From Vicinamibacteria bacterium (GTDB taxonomy: Bacteria > Acidobacteriota > Vicinamibacteria > Vicinamibacterales > JAENWD01), in the NCBI GenBank assembly GCA_963837165.1, contig CAWIMD010000002.1, forward strand, positions 1,543,029-1,607,028: a stretch of DNA of 64,000 nucleotides, given 5' to 3'. The translations under genes and the position numbers were made by a program. This document shows, in pieces, positions 32,270-41,467 of the stretch. The notes beneath the pieces were generated by a model that searched no databases, had not been told where the DNA came from, and was given only the letters and a program-made list of their open reading frames with translations. The first letter of the stretch is position 1, and every line of letters begins with the position of its first letter.

Positions 32270-33940
32270 TCATCGCGTCAGCTTCCGGTACTTGATCCGA
32301 TGCGGGCGGTCCGCCTCGGCGCCGAGGCGGCGCCTGCGGTCCGCCTCGTAGTCCTGGTAGTTGCCCTCGAACCACACCACCTCGCTGTCACCCTCGAAGG
32401 CGAGCATGTGCGTTGCGATTCGATCCAGGAACCACCGGTCGTGGCTGATGACGACGGCGCAGCCCGCGAAGTTGACGAGGGCATCCTCGAGCGCGCGCAG
32501 GGTGTCCACGTCCAGGTCGTTGGTCGGCTCGTCGAGCAGCAGCAGGTTGCAGCCCTTCTTGAGGAGCTTGGCCAGCTGGACGCGGTTGCGCTCGCCGCCC
32601 GAGAGCGTGCCGACCTTCCGCTGCTGCGCGGCGCCCTTGAAGTTGAACCACGAGCAGTACGCGCGGGACGGCACGGTGCGCTTGCCGATCACGACCTCGT
32701 CCAGCCCGCCCGTGATCTCCTCCCACACGCTGTGCTTCGGATCGAGCGCGTCGCGCGACTGATCGACGTACCCGACCTCCACCGTCTCGCCCAGCCGCAG
32801 CGTGCCCGCGTCCGGCGGCTCGGCCCCGGTGATCATCCGGAACAGCGTGGTCTTGCCCGCCCCATTGGGCCCGATGACGCCGACGATCCCGCCGCGCGGC
32901 AGCGTGAAGCTGACGCCGTCCATCAGCAGCACGTCGCCGTATCCCTTGCGCAGGTCCCGGGCCTCCACCACCACGTCGCCCAGCCTCGGGCCGGGCGGGA
33001 TGTAGATCTCGACCGAGTCCAGCGTCTGCGCCGTCTCCTGGCCGAGCATCTCCTCGTACGCGTTGAGGCGCGCTCTGCCCTTCGCCTGCCGCGCACGCGG
33101 CGACATCCGGATCCACTCCAGCTCGCGCTGCAGCGTCCGCTGGCGCCTGGTTTCAGCCTTCTCCTCCTGCGCCAGCCGCCCCTGCTTCTGCTCCAGCCAC
33201 GACGAGTAGTTCCCCTCCCACGGGATGCCGTGCCCGCGATCGAGCTCGAGAATCCAGCCCGCGACGTTGTCGAGGAAGTACCGGTCGTGCGTGACGGCGA
33301 CCACCGTGCCGGGGTAGGACGCGAGGTGGTGCTCGAGCCAGGCGACCGACTCGGCGTCCAGGTGGTTCGTGGGCTCGTCGAGGAGCAGCAGATCGGGCGC
33401 GCTCAGCAGCAGGCGGCACAGCGCGACCCGGCGCCGCTCGCCGCCGGACAGCGTGGAGACGCCGGCGTCGGCCGGCGGCAGGCGCAGCGCGTCCATCGCC
33501 TGCTCCAGCTGCGAGTCGAGCTCCCACGCATTGGTCTGGTCAATCCGGTCCTGGACCCGGCCCTGCTCGTCGAGCACCTTCTCCATGTCGTCCGGCGGGA
33601 GCTCCTCGCACAGCTTCGCGTTGAGCTCGTCGTAGCGATTCAGGAGGTTCCGGATTGCCTGCACGCCTTCCTCGACGTTGCCGAGGACCGTCTTCGCGGA
33701 GTCGAGGCGCGGCTCCTGGTGCAGGAAGCCGACGCTGATGCCGGCGGCGGGAAACGCCTCGCCGACGAAATGCTGGTCCTCCCCGGCCATGATGCGGAGG
33801 AGCGAGCTCTTGCCGGCGCCGTTCAGGCCGAGGACGCCAATCTTCGCGCCGGGCAGGAACGAGAGCCAGATGTCACGCAGGACCTGGGTGTCGGGCGGGT
33901 GAATCTTCCCCAGCCCCTTCATGGTGTAGATGAACTGCAT
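32270..33940 (-). CDS. ettA: Energy-dependent translational throttle ABC-F protein
   Basis: 556 aa. It begins [53 protein letters not shown] and has two ABC cassettes. Confidence 0.9.
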   Translation of the reverse strand: MQFIYTMKGLGKIHPPDTQVLRDIWLSFLPGAKIGVLGLNGAGKSSLLRIMAGEDQHFVGEAFPAAGISVGFLHQEPRLDSAKTVLGNVEEGVQAIRNLLNRYDELNAKLCEELPPDDMEKVLDEQGRVQDRIDQTNAWELDSQLEQAMDALRLPPADAGVSTLSGGERRRVALCRLLLSAPDLLLLDEPTNHLDAESVAWLEHHLASYPGTVVAVTHDRYFLDNVAGWILELDRGHGIPWEGNYSSWLEQKQGRLAQEEKAETRRQRTLQRELEWIRMSPRARQAKGRARLNAYEEMLGQETAQTLDSVEIYIPPGPRLGDVVVEARDLRKGYGDVLLMDGVSFTLPRGGIVGVIGPNGAGKTTLFRMITGAEPPDAGTLRLGETVEVGYVDQSRDALDPKHSVWEEITGGLDEVVIGKRTVPSRAYCSWFNFKGAAQQRKVGTLSGGERNRVQLAKLLKKGCNLLLLDEPTNDLDVDTLRALEDALVNFAGCAVVISHDRWFLDRIATHMLAFEGDSEVVWFEGNYQDYEADRRRRLGAEADRPHRIKYRKLTR

Positions 33941-34019
33941 GTTGGCGAATGGTCTCGGTGATGGCCGCGCCGGCTGGCGCGACTCTTCAGTATAGCGTGG
34001 GCCGCCGGGTGGGCCGAGG

Positions 34020-34400
34020 ACGGGCCGCAGAGCGAGCGGAGGACGGGCCGCAGGGCGAGCGGAGAACGCAGAGCAGGCTCATCGCGGAGATCGCCGAGGG
34101 CAAGAGATCGCAGAGGCATGCGGCTGCCACTGTGGACGGCCGGGCCGGCGTCGCGGCAGCGGCCGCGATCAGGCGGGCGGGTGACTCCGGGGAGAAGAAG
34201 GGACCAGAGTGCTCTGACTGCCTTCTTCTCTCCGGCGTCATCCGCCCGCCTGGCCGGCCGCGTCGCGGCCGACGCCGGTCTCGCAGTCCACGCCGGGGTC
34301 TCTCTGCGTGTCTCCGCTCCCCTGCGTTCCCTGCGCCTGGGCCTGCTCGGCGATCTCTGCTTCCTCCTGCACGCGCTCTCTGCTTCCTCCTTGTCTCCCC
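34020..34400. repeat. Long imperfect inverted repeat (extended hairpin potential) with internal 23-nt direct repeats
   Basis: The centre is CAGAG-TG-CTCTG at 34205-34216. The inner arms 34170-34209 and 34212-34252 are nearly complementary (CAGGCGGGCGGGTGAC.CCGG.GAGAAGAAGG). An outer match is GAGATCGCCGAG 34087-34098 versus CTCGGCGATCTC 34346-34357. GGACGGGCCGCAGRGCGAGCGGA is duplicated at 34018-34063. Confidence 0.7.
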
Positions 34401-34408
34401 AGGTGCGG

Positions 34409-34414
34409 TAAGCT
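34409..34414 (+). promoter_or_regulatory. -10-like TAAGCT 9 nt upstream of the dinB ATG
   Basis: GGTAAGCTTCCCTGGTCATG. Confidence 0.3.
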
Positions 34415-34423
34415 TCCCTGGTC

Positions 34424-35539
34424 ATGCTCCGCCGCATCCTGCACGTGGACATGGATGCGTTCTACGCGTCGGTCGAGCAGCGCGACGATCCGGGCCTTCG
34501 CGGCCGGCCGGTGGCCGTCGGCGGTCCGCCCGAGAGCCGTGGGGTCGTGGCCGCGGCCAGCTACGAAGCCCGGGCGTTCGGCGTGCGGTCGGCCATGCCC
34601 ATGGCGCGCGCCGTCCGGCTGTGCCCCGATCTGGCGATCGTCCACCCCGACTTCAGGAAATACCGCAGCGTGTCCCAGAGCGTCTTCGCGATCTTTCGCG
34701 AGGCGACGCCGCTGGTCGAGCCGCTCTCGCTGGACGAGGCGTACCTGGACGTCACCGAGAACGCCTGGGGCGAAGGGCTGGGCCTGCGCGTGGCGGAGCG
34801 GATCAAGGCCAGGATCCGCGACGCCACGGGCCTCACGGCGTCGGCCGGTGTCGCGCCCAACAAGTTCCTGGCGAAGATCGCATCGGGCTGGCAGAAGCCC
34901 GACGGCCTGACGGTCATCGCGCCGCAGCGCGTCGAGCGGTTCCTGCAGGGCCTGCCAATCGACGCGCTCTGGGGCGTGGGCCCGGTGACCGCGGCCCGCC
35001 TGCGACAGGCCGGCATCGCACGCCTCGTGGACGTCCGTGCCGTGGACCCCGACGCCCTCCGCGCGGTCGTGGGCAGCCTCGCCTCGTGGCTGCAGCAGCT
35101 GGCCAACGGCGTGGACGAGCGCGCAGTGGAGCCGAACCGCGAGGCGAAGTCGGCCAGCAGCGAGAACACCTTCGAGCACGACCTCACGGACCTCGGCGAG
35201 ATCCGATCGGCCGTGGACGAGATGGCGCGTGGCGTGGCGCGCTGGCTGGTGAAGAAGGAACGGCTCGCCCGGACGGTGACGATCAAGGTGCGCTACGACG
35301 ACTTCACGACCATCACCCGCAGCGTCACCGTGCGGCCGCCGACCTCGGAGGCAGCCATCGTCGCGGGGCGGGCCGTGGGCCTGCTCGATCGCACGGAGGC
35401 CGGCACGCGCCCGGTTCGCCTGCTGGGCGTCGGCGTCCACAACCTCTCGCAGCTCGGCGTGCCCGAACCGGTCGAGGCTCAGCGGCTGGTCCTGCCCCGG
35501 CTGCCCTTCGACGGCGAAGACGGAGACGCCGCGTCGTGA
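34424..35539 (+). CDS. dinB: DNA polymerase IV (Y-family)
   Basis: MLRRILHVDMDAFYASVEQRDDPGLRGRPVAVGG...SLDEAYLDV. Confidence 0.9.
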   Translation: MLRRILHVDMDAFYASVEQRDDPGLRGRPVAVGGPPESRGVVAAASYEARAFGVRSAMPMARAVRLCPDLAIVHPDFRKYRSVSQSVFAIFREATPLVEPLSLDEAYLDVTENAWGEGLGLRVAERIKARIRDATGLTASAGVAPNKFLAKIASGWQKPDGLTVIAPQRVERFLQGLPIDALWGVGPVTAARLRQAGIARLVDVRAVDPDALRAVVGSLASWLQQLANGVDERAVEPNREAKSASSENTFEHDLTDLGEIRSAVDEMARGVARWLVKKERLARTVTIKVRYDDFTTITRSVTVRPPTSEAAIVAGRAVGLLDRTEAGTRPVRLLGVGVHNLSQLGVPEPVEAQRLVLPRLPFDGEDGDAAS

Positions 35540-36687
35540 CCGCCCTGCTGCTGGCGGCCGTGCTCGGCGCCGCGCCTCCCGGGCTGGACCTGCCGGCGCT
35601 CGAGCGGGAGCGGGTGCTCACGGCCGCGCGTGCCTACCTGGACGAGGCCCCCATCACGGTCACGGCCTCCGCGTCGTCCCGAAGCGCAGGCGGGCCGCAC
35701 GACTTCTTCTCCGAGGGCGACTACTGGTGGCCCGACCCGGCGCATCCGGGCGGCCCCTACATCCAGCGCGACGGGATGACGAATCCCGACAACTTCACGG
35801 ACCACCGGCGCTACCTGATGCGGCTCGGCGTGCAGGTGCCGGCGCTGGTGGCCGCGTGGATGATCGCCGGCGATCGCCGGTACGCGGATCACGCGGTCGT
35901 GCACCTCCGGGCCTGGTTCGTGGATCCGGCGACGCGGATGAACCCGAACCTCGAGTACGCGCAGGCCATTCACGGGCGCGTCACCGGGCGCGGCATCGGA
36001 ATCATCGACACGATCCATCTGGTGGAGGTGGCGCGTGCGATCGAGCGGCTGCGCGGCTCGGCGGCGCTGCCGCGCGAGACCGACGACGCCGTCACGTCGT
36101 GGTTCGCGGAGTACCTGCGGTGGCTCACGACCTCGCCGCGCGGGCTCGAGGAGCGGGACGCGAAGAACAACCACGGCACGTGCTGGGTGATGCAGGTCGC
36201 CGCCTTCGCACGGCTGGCGCGCCGCCACGACCTGCTGGACCTCGCGCGGGCGCGCTTCAAGGACGTCCTGGTGCCGGGCCAGATGGCTCTCGACGGCAGC
36301 TTTCCGCTCGAGTTGCGTCGGACCAAGCCCTACGCCTATTCCCTGTTCAACCTCGAGGCCATGACGACCATCGCCCAGCTGCTCTCCACGCCGGCCGATG
36401 ACCTGTGGCGCTTCCAGACCGTGGACGGCCGCGGGCTCCGGAAGGCGATGGAGTTCATGGTGCCGTTCATCCGCGACCGGCGGTCGTGGCCGCGCCCGCC
36501 CGACGTGATGTACGACGATCAATGGCCGCGGCGGCAGGCCAGCCTGCTGTTCGCCGGGCTCGCCTGCGATCGCCCGGACTGGATCGCGCTCTGGCAGACG
36601 CTGCCCGCCGATTCGGACGTCCAGGAAGTGGTCCGGAACTTCTTCATCCGGCAGCCGCTCCTGTGGGTGACGGACCCTCATCTGTAG
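35536..36687 (+). CDS. Alginate-lyase-family (AlgL-like) protein
   Basis: GTG 35536 overlaps the dinB stop (GTGA). It lies in the frame of ORF 33949..36687. It has a signal-like N-terminus and contains GGPHDFFSEGDYWWPDP...NNHGTCW... Confidence 0.65.
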   Translation: MTALLLAAVLGAAPPGLDLPALERERVLTAARAYLDEAPITVTASASSRSAGGPHDFFSEGDYWWPDPAHPGGPYIQRDGMTNPDNFTDHRRYLMRLGVQVPALVAAWMIAGDRRYADHAVVHLRAWFVDPATRMNPNLEYAQAIHGRVTGRGIGIIDTIHLVEVARAIERLRGSAALPRETDDAVTSWFAEYLRWLTTSPRGLEERDAKNNHGTCWVMQVAAFARLARRHDLLDLARARFKDVLVPGQMALDGSFPLELRRTKPYAYSLFNLEAMTTIAQLLSTPADDLWRFQTVDGRGLRKAMEFMVPFIRDRRSWPRPPDVMYDDQWPRRQASLLFAGLACDRPDWIALWQTLPADSDVQEVVRNFFIRQPLLWVTDPHL

Positions 36688-36745
36688 CGCAGGCCTTCAG
36701 GCCTGCCAACCGTAGCGCAGGGGCAGACCTGAAGGTCTGCGCGAG
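36685..36745. repeat. REP-like element pair: GTAGCGCAGGCCTTCAGGCCTGC (hairpin 36689-36706) and GCAGACCTGAAGGTCTGC (36723-36740)
   Basis: It lies between the convergent alginate-lyase-family gene (whose stop TAG is part of the element) and the ADOP permease. Confidence 0.85.
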
Positions 36746-36765
36746 CACAAGCGCGACACATGGCT

Positions 36766-39201
36766 CTACTGATCGCGCAGCGTCTCCCCGGGATCGAGGC
36801 GCGCGATCGCCAGGGCCGGCACCAACGTCGCGACGACCGCCACCAGGAACAGCCCCGTCGCCACCGCCGCGTACGTCGTCGCGTCCACGGTCGTCACGCC
36901 CCAGAGGAGGTGCCGCAGCGTGCCGGATGCCGCGATGGCGGCGACGAGGCCGAGCAGGACGCCGCCAAGCGCCATGGTGACGCCCGGCGCCATCGCCTCG
37001 CCCAGCGCCCGGCGGAGCGAGGCGCCCAGCGCCAGCCGCACGCCCAGCTCGCGACGCCGTTCCTGCACGCTCTGCGCCATCAGGCCGTAGATGCCCGTGA
37101 CGGCCAGCACCAGGGCGAGCGCCGAGAGCGAGGCCAGCAGCAGCGCCTGGAAGCGCTCCCAGGCGAGCGAGGTCGCGCGCAGCTCGTCCAGCGTGTGGAA
37201 GCTGGCAATCGGCACCAGCGGATCGAGCGCGCCGGCGACGCGCTCGATCGCGCCCAGCGCCGCCGCGGGGGGCGCCGTCGTCCGCACGATCCAGCTGGGC
37301 GAGAACCAGGTGTGAACGAGCGAAAGGAACGTGCCGTCGGTCTGCGCCACGGGAATGTAGGCGGCGGGGATGGGACCGACCGGCCCGTAGTTGCCCCAGC
37401 TCGTCACCTGCTCGACGTCGCCGACGACGCCGACGATCGTGCGCTCGTCCGGGCCGAACCGGAGCCGGCTGCCGACCGGATCCTGGTGCGAGAGGTACTT
37501 GCGCGCGAACGCGTCGTTCACGACGGCCACGGGCTGGCTGTCCGCGGTGTCGGCGGCCTCCAGGCCGCGGCCGCGCCGAACCGGGATGCGCAACACGTCG
37601 AAGTAGTCCGGCGTGACGTAGGTCAGGTTGGTGATCAGGAACTGATCGCCCGCTTCGGGACCATCGAGGCGCCGGGCCCCCATGTTCAGCCCGCGCTCGT
37701 ATGGGAGGCTCAGCCCCGCGGCCACCGCCTCCACACCCGGCACCTGCGCGAGCCTGGTCGTGCCGGTGGCCATGAGAGCGGTCACCTTCGCCGCATCCGT
37801 GTACCTGGCGTCGTCCAGCGAGAAGGACGCCGCCACCACGTGCCGCGGATCGAAGCCGGGTTCGAGCCCGTTCAGGTATCGGACGCTCCTGACCAGCAGG
37901 CCGGCGCCCACCAGCAGCAGCACGGCCAGCGCGATCTCGGTCGTCACCAGGACGCGACGGCTCCAGTGCCGGCTGCCGCCGGCCATGCCGCGCGACCCGC
38001 CCGACACCAGCGCGGCGCGCAAGTCGATGAGGCTCGCCTCGATGGCCGGGGCGAGCCCGGCGAGCACGCCGGTGATGGCGGTGACGAGCGCGGTGACGAC
38101 CAGGACGCGCCAGTCGAGCGCTGGCGCCTCGATCGGCAGCACGTCGGCGGCGGCGATTCGGCCGAGCCACCACACGAGACCGGCGCCGACCGCCAGGCCC
38201 AGCAGGGCGCCGGCCGAGGTGACGACCAGGCTCTCCACGATGAGCTGGCGGAAGATGGCGCGGCGTCCGCCGCCGATGGCCATGCGGGTGGCGATCTCCC
38301 GCGTGCGCGACGCAGCCCCCGCGAGCAGGAGGCCAGCGACATTCGCGCATCCGATCAGCAGGACCACACCCACCGCGCCCCAGACGATCAGGAGCGGCTG
38401 CCGCAGCTCGCCCGTTCGGCTCTCGTGGAGCGAGGCGAGACCGAGCCGTGCCGTCGTGCCTTCACGCGGCTTCTCGAGCACCGCCGCGCCAATCGACGCG
38501 AGCCGCTGGTCGGCAATCGCGCGATCGACGCCCGGCTTCAGGCGGGCGACGATGCCGTAGTTGTTGCCACCTCCTTCGCCCGTGCGTGAGGGCCTGAGAG
38601 GCGTCCAGAGATCCGCGTCGGCATCCGTGCGGAGCCCCGCCGGCATGACACCGACGATCGTGTGCGGTTCGCCTTTGAGCGTGACGCGCTGTCCCACCGC
38701 GTCGGGGCGGCCGCCGAAGGCGCGCTGCCACAGGTGATGGCTCAGCACCACCACGGCCGGCCCCTCGGGGCGATCCTCCGCGGAGGTGAACTCCCGGCCG
38801 ACCAGCGGCGCGATGCCGAGCACGCGGAAGAAGCCGGCGCCGACGCGCTGCTGCTGCACGAACACCGCGCGATCGCCGGTGGCGAAGTTGACGCCCTTGA
38901 CCCAGCCGCTGTACACGGCCGCGTCAAGGTCGCCTGCGTGGTCGCGCACCGCCTCCCAGGTGGCGCCGTCCTCGCTCGCCTGCAGCCCGGAGGCGCTGCC
39001 GCCGGAGAATCGCGTGACGACCTGCACGAGGCGATCGGCATTCGGATACGGCAGCGGGCGGAAGAGCGTGGCGTCCACCACGCTGAAGATCGCCGCGTTG
39101 GCGCCGATGGCCAGCGCGAGCGTGAGAAGCAGGAGCGCCGTCGAGCCGGGCCGGCGCGCGAAGAACCGCAGGCCGTGGCGCACCTCGAGTGACAGGGACA
39201 T
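36766..39201 (-). CDS. ADOP-family duplicated orphan permease (two MacB-PCD/FtsX modules)
   Basis: Internal ATG 39201 of ORF 36766..40737 begins MSLSLEVRHGLRFFARRPGSTALLLLTLALAIGANAAIFSVVDATLFRPLPYPNADRLV. 811 aa with two FtsX modules. It matches the acidobacterial ADOP family (TIGR03434, from memory). Confidence 0.85.
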   Translation of the reverse strand: MSLSLEVRHGLRFFARRPGSTALLLLTLALAIGANAAIFSVVDATLFRPLPYPNADRLVQVVTRFSGGSASGLQASEDGATWEAVRDHAGDLDAAVYSGWVKGVNFATGDRAVFVQQQRVGAGFFRVLGIAPLVGREFTSAEDRPEGPAVVVLSHHLWQRAFGGRPDAVGQRVTLKGEPHTIVGVMPAGLRTDADADLWTPLRPSRTGEGGGNNYGIVARLKPGVDRAIADQRLASIGAAVLEKPREGTTARLGLASLHESRTGELRQPLLIVWGAVGVVLLIGCANVAGLLLAGAASRTREIATRMAIGGGRRAIFRQLIVESLVVTSAGALLGLAVGAGLVWWLGRIAAADVLPIEAPALDWRVLVVTALVTAITGVLAGLAPAIEASLIDLRAALVSGGSRGMAGGSRHWSRRVLVTTEIALAVLLLVGAGLLVRSVRYLNGLEPGFDPRHVVAASFSLDDARYTDAAKVTALMATGTTRLAQVPGVEAVAAGLSLPYERGLNMGARRLDGPEAGDQFLITNLTYVTPDYFDVLRIPVRRGRGLEAADTADSQPVAVVNDAFARKYLSHQDPVGSRLRFGPDERTIVGVVGDVEQVTSWGNYGPVGPIPAAYIPVAQTDGTFLSLVHTWFSPSWIVRTTAPPAAALGAIERVAGALDPLVPIASFHTLDELRATSLAWERFQALLLASLSALALVLAVTGIYGLMAQSVQERRRELGVRLALGASLRRALGEAMAPGVTMALGGVLLGLVAAIAASGTLRHLLWGVTTVDATTYAAVATGLFLVAVVATLVPALAIARLDPGETLRDQ

Positions 39202-39206
39202 GAGCG

Positions 39207-40226
39207 CTACCTCCCGCTGTGGGGCCCGGCGGATTCCCGGACAATGAGCGACGGCGGGACGATGACGCGGGAGTAGGGGCCGTCCGCGTGGTGCTCGATC
39301 TGGTCGAGGAGCAGGCGCGCGGCGCCGATGCCGAGCGCGGCCCGGGACCAGCTCACCGTGGTCAGCGGCACCTTGAGAAGGTCCGCGTGGGCGATGTCGC
39401 CCGCGCCCACGATCGACAGGTCCTGGGGCACGCGGCGTCCCGCGTGCCAGGCGGCGCGCATCGCGCCAATGGCCGCCGAGTCGTTCGACGCGAACACCGC
39501 CGTCACCTCGGGGGACGTCTGGAACATCCGCAGCGTCGCCTGGTAGCCGTCGCGATCCAGGAACCCGGCCGGCGTGACCCAGGCCGGAGCCACGTCGAGG
39601 CCGTGGGCGGCCATCGACTGGCGGTAGCCCTGCTCGCGGCGTCGCGCGTGGACGAGCGGCGGCCCGGCCAGATGCGCGATCGCGCGATGGCCCAGGCCGA
39701 TCAGATGCTCGGTCGCCAGCCGGCCCACAGCCACGTCGTCGGTGAGGATGCGGTGGCACTCCAGATCGGGGTGGTCGTCGCGATCGAGCAGCACGAGGCC
39801 CTTGCCGCGCGCGACCAGCCGCCGGAGCAGGTCGCCGTTGGCGAGGGCGTCGACCGAGGCGAGGATGATGCCGTCCACCTGGCGCTCGAGCAGCATTTCC
39901 ACCTGCGAACGCTCGTGCGCCGGCTCCTCGCCGACGTTGCAGAGCAGCAGGCCGTAGCCCCGGGGCCGGCTGTACGCCTCGATGGACGTGACGACCTCGA
40001 CGAAGAACGAGTGCATCAGGTCGGGCACGACCACCCCGACCGTGTTCGTGCGCTTCAGCGTGAGGCTGCGGGCCACGGCATTGGGCCGGTAGCCCACCTC
40101 GTCGATCTTCGCCAGCACCCGCGCGCGCATCTCGGGCCCGATGTCGCCGCGGTTGTTGATGACCTTCGAGATCGTGGTCACCGACACGCCGAGCGCGGCC
40201 GCGATTTGTCTCATCGTCACGGACAT
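39207..40226 (-). CDS. LacI-family transcriptional regulator
   Basis: Internal ATG 40226 of ORF 39207..40601 begins MSVTMRQIAAALGVSVTTISKVINNRGDIGPEMRARVLAKIDEVGYRPNAVARSL. A periplasmic-binding-fold sensor domain follows. Confidence 0.85.
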   Translation of the reverse strand: MSVTMRQIAAALGVSVTTISKVINNRGDIGPEMRARVLAKIDEVGYRPNAVARSLTLKRTNTVGVVVPDLMHSFFVEVVTSIEAYSRPRGYGLLLCNVGEEPAHERSQVEMLLERQVDGIILASVDALANGDLLRRLVARGKGLVLLDRDDHPDLECHRILTDDVAVGRLATEHLIGLGHRAIAHLAGPPLVHARRREQGYRQSMAAHGLDVAPAWVTPAGFLDRDGYQATLRMFQTSPEVTAVFASNDSAAIGAMRAAWHAGRRVPQDLSIVGAGDIAHADLLKVPLTTVSWSRAALGIGAARLLLDQIEHHADGPYSRVIVPPSLIVRESAGPHSGR

Positions 40227-40242
40227 GGCGTACCTGTCCCGA

Positions 40243-40248
40243 ATCATA
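40243..40248 (-). promoter_or_regulatory. -10-like TATGAT 16 nt upstream of the LacI-family ATG 40226
   Basis: The minus strand reads GCTATGATTCGGGACAGGTACGCCATG. Confidence 0.3.
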
Positions 40249-40299
40249 GCGATCCAGGCGGCCGTTGACGAGGGACCCACCGGATGGCCGCCAACCGTA

Positions 40300-40305
40300 T
40301 ACGAT
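40300..40305 (+). promoter_or_regulatory. -10-like TACGAT 6 nt upstream of ATG 40312 (SDR pseudogene); leaderless geometry
   Basis: CGTATACGATTCCGGCATG. Confidence 0.35.
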
Positions 40306-40311
40306 TCCGGC

Positions 40312-41089
40312 ATGAGCGGGACGCGGTGGCGGCTGGACGGCGCGCGGGCGGTGGTGACGGGCGGCACGAAGGGCATCGGCCAGGCGGTCGTGCGGGAACT
40401 GCTCGCGCTCGGGGCGGAAGTTGCGGCCGTGGCGCGGCATCCCGCCCCGCGCGACTCCGACGGGGGCGGCGGGCATGGGCCCCGGCTGCACGTGATTGCC
40501 GCGGACGTGTCTGCGCCGGCCGGCCGTGCCCGCGTGCTCGAGCGCCTGCCCGCCGACTGGGACACCGTGCACGTGCTCGTCAACAACGTGGGCACGAACA
40601 TCCGGAAGCCGACGCTGGCCTACAGCGAGGAGGAGTACCCGGACGGTGTTCGAGACCAACCTCACGTCCGCGTGGGAGCTGACCCGGCTGCTGCATCCGC
40701 GGCTCTCGGCGGCGGGCGGCGCGAGCGTCGTGAACATCGGGTCGGTGGCCGGTGCGCGCTCGGTCGGAAGCGGCGCGGTCTACGCGATGACGAAGGCCGC
40801 GCTCGCGCACCTGACGCGGTATCTCGCGTGCGAGTGGGCGACGGACCGGATCCGGGTGAACATGGTCGCGCCCTGGTACACACGCACGCCGCTGGCGGCT
40901 CCGGTGCTCGACCAGCCGGACGTGCTGGCGGGGATCGAGCAGCGGACCCCGCTCGGCCGTGTCGCGGAGCCGGAGGAGATCGCGGCCGTGGTGGCGTTTC
41001 TCTGCCTGCCCGCCGCGTCCTACGTGACCGGGCAGGAGATCGCGGTGGACGGGGGGTTCAGCGCCTTCGGGTTCCGGCCCCGGGTTTGA
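40312..41089 (+). pseudogene. SDR-family oxidoreductase (tropinone-reductase-like) interrupted by a +1 frameshift in a CCC run at 40638-40640
   Basis: The N-terminus (MSGTRWRLDGARAVVTGGTKGIGQAVV...[19 protein letters not shown]) is in the frame of ORF 40141..41112. The rest ([18 protein letters not shown]...YAMTKAAL...) is in the frame of ORF 40496..41089. Deleting one C restores [12 protein letters not shown]. Confidence 0.8.
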
Positions 41090-41114
41090 CCCTGGAGCTC
41101 ACTTCCAGTTGACC

Positions 41115-41176
41115 TGTAGCGCAGACCTTCAGGTCTGCCCGCGCGCCCGCTGGCAGGCCTGAAGGCCTGCGCTACA
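41115..41176. repeat. REP-like element pair in inverted orientation: GTAGCGCAGACCTTCAGGTCTGC (hairpin 41121-41138) and GCAGGCCTGAAGGCCTGCGCTAC (hairpin 41153-41170)
   Basis: It lies downstream of the SDR pseudogene. The same 23-nt unit appears at 24889-24999 and 36685-36745. Confidence 0.85.
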
Positions 41177-41221
41177 CCAGGCGCGCCATGGAAGGATGGG
41201 AGGAGCAGACACCCCGTCGGC

Positions 41222-41227
41222 TAGAAT
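41222..41227 (+). promoter_or_regulatory. -10-like TAGAAT 6 nt upstream of ATG 41234; leaderless geometry
   Basis: GGCTAGAATAGAGCCATG. Confidence 0.4.
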
Positions 41228-41233
41228 AGAGCC

Positions 41234-41467
41234 ATGCTCAAGGGGTCCCGCGACGTCATCCTGCGTCGAGTGCAGCCAATCAGCGTGCACGGGCAGATCT
41301 CGTGGGACGTGTTCTTCGCCGATCCCGACGATCCGGACGGGCAGGTCTCGGTGGCGCGCGTCGGTCCGGAGACGGTGACACACTCGCTCGAGCCCGGCGA
41401 CCGGATCCGGCTGGACTACGCGGCCGGCAGCGTCATCGGAATCCGCAAGATTCCACCTCCCGCCTGA
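41234..41467 (+). CDS. Small hypothetical protein (77 aa)
   Basis: This ORF has a TAGAAT -10 6 nt upstream of its ATG. Its stop overlaps the aguA start (TGATG). I recognise no family. Confidence 0.5.
   Translation: MLKGSRDVILRRVQPISVHGQISWDVFFADPDDPDGQVSVARVGPETVTHSLEPGDRIRLDYAAGSVIGIRKIPPPA

Noticed and set aside
34300-34423. LexA/SOS box upstream of dinB
   Set aside because: I could not find a convincing palindrome of a known LexA-box type by eye. I also do not trust my memory of the motif for this phylum.
39202-40737. N-terminal ~510 aa of the 1323-aa ORF 36766..40737
   Set aside because: It has no recognisable domains and an Arg/Pro/Gly-rich high-GC composition. It overlaps the well-supported LacI-family gene in another frame. 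The ADOP permease begins at ATG 39201.
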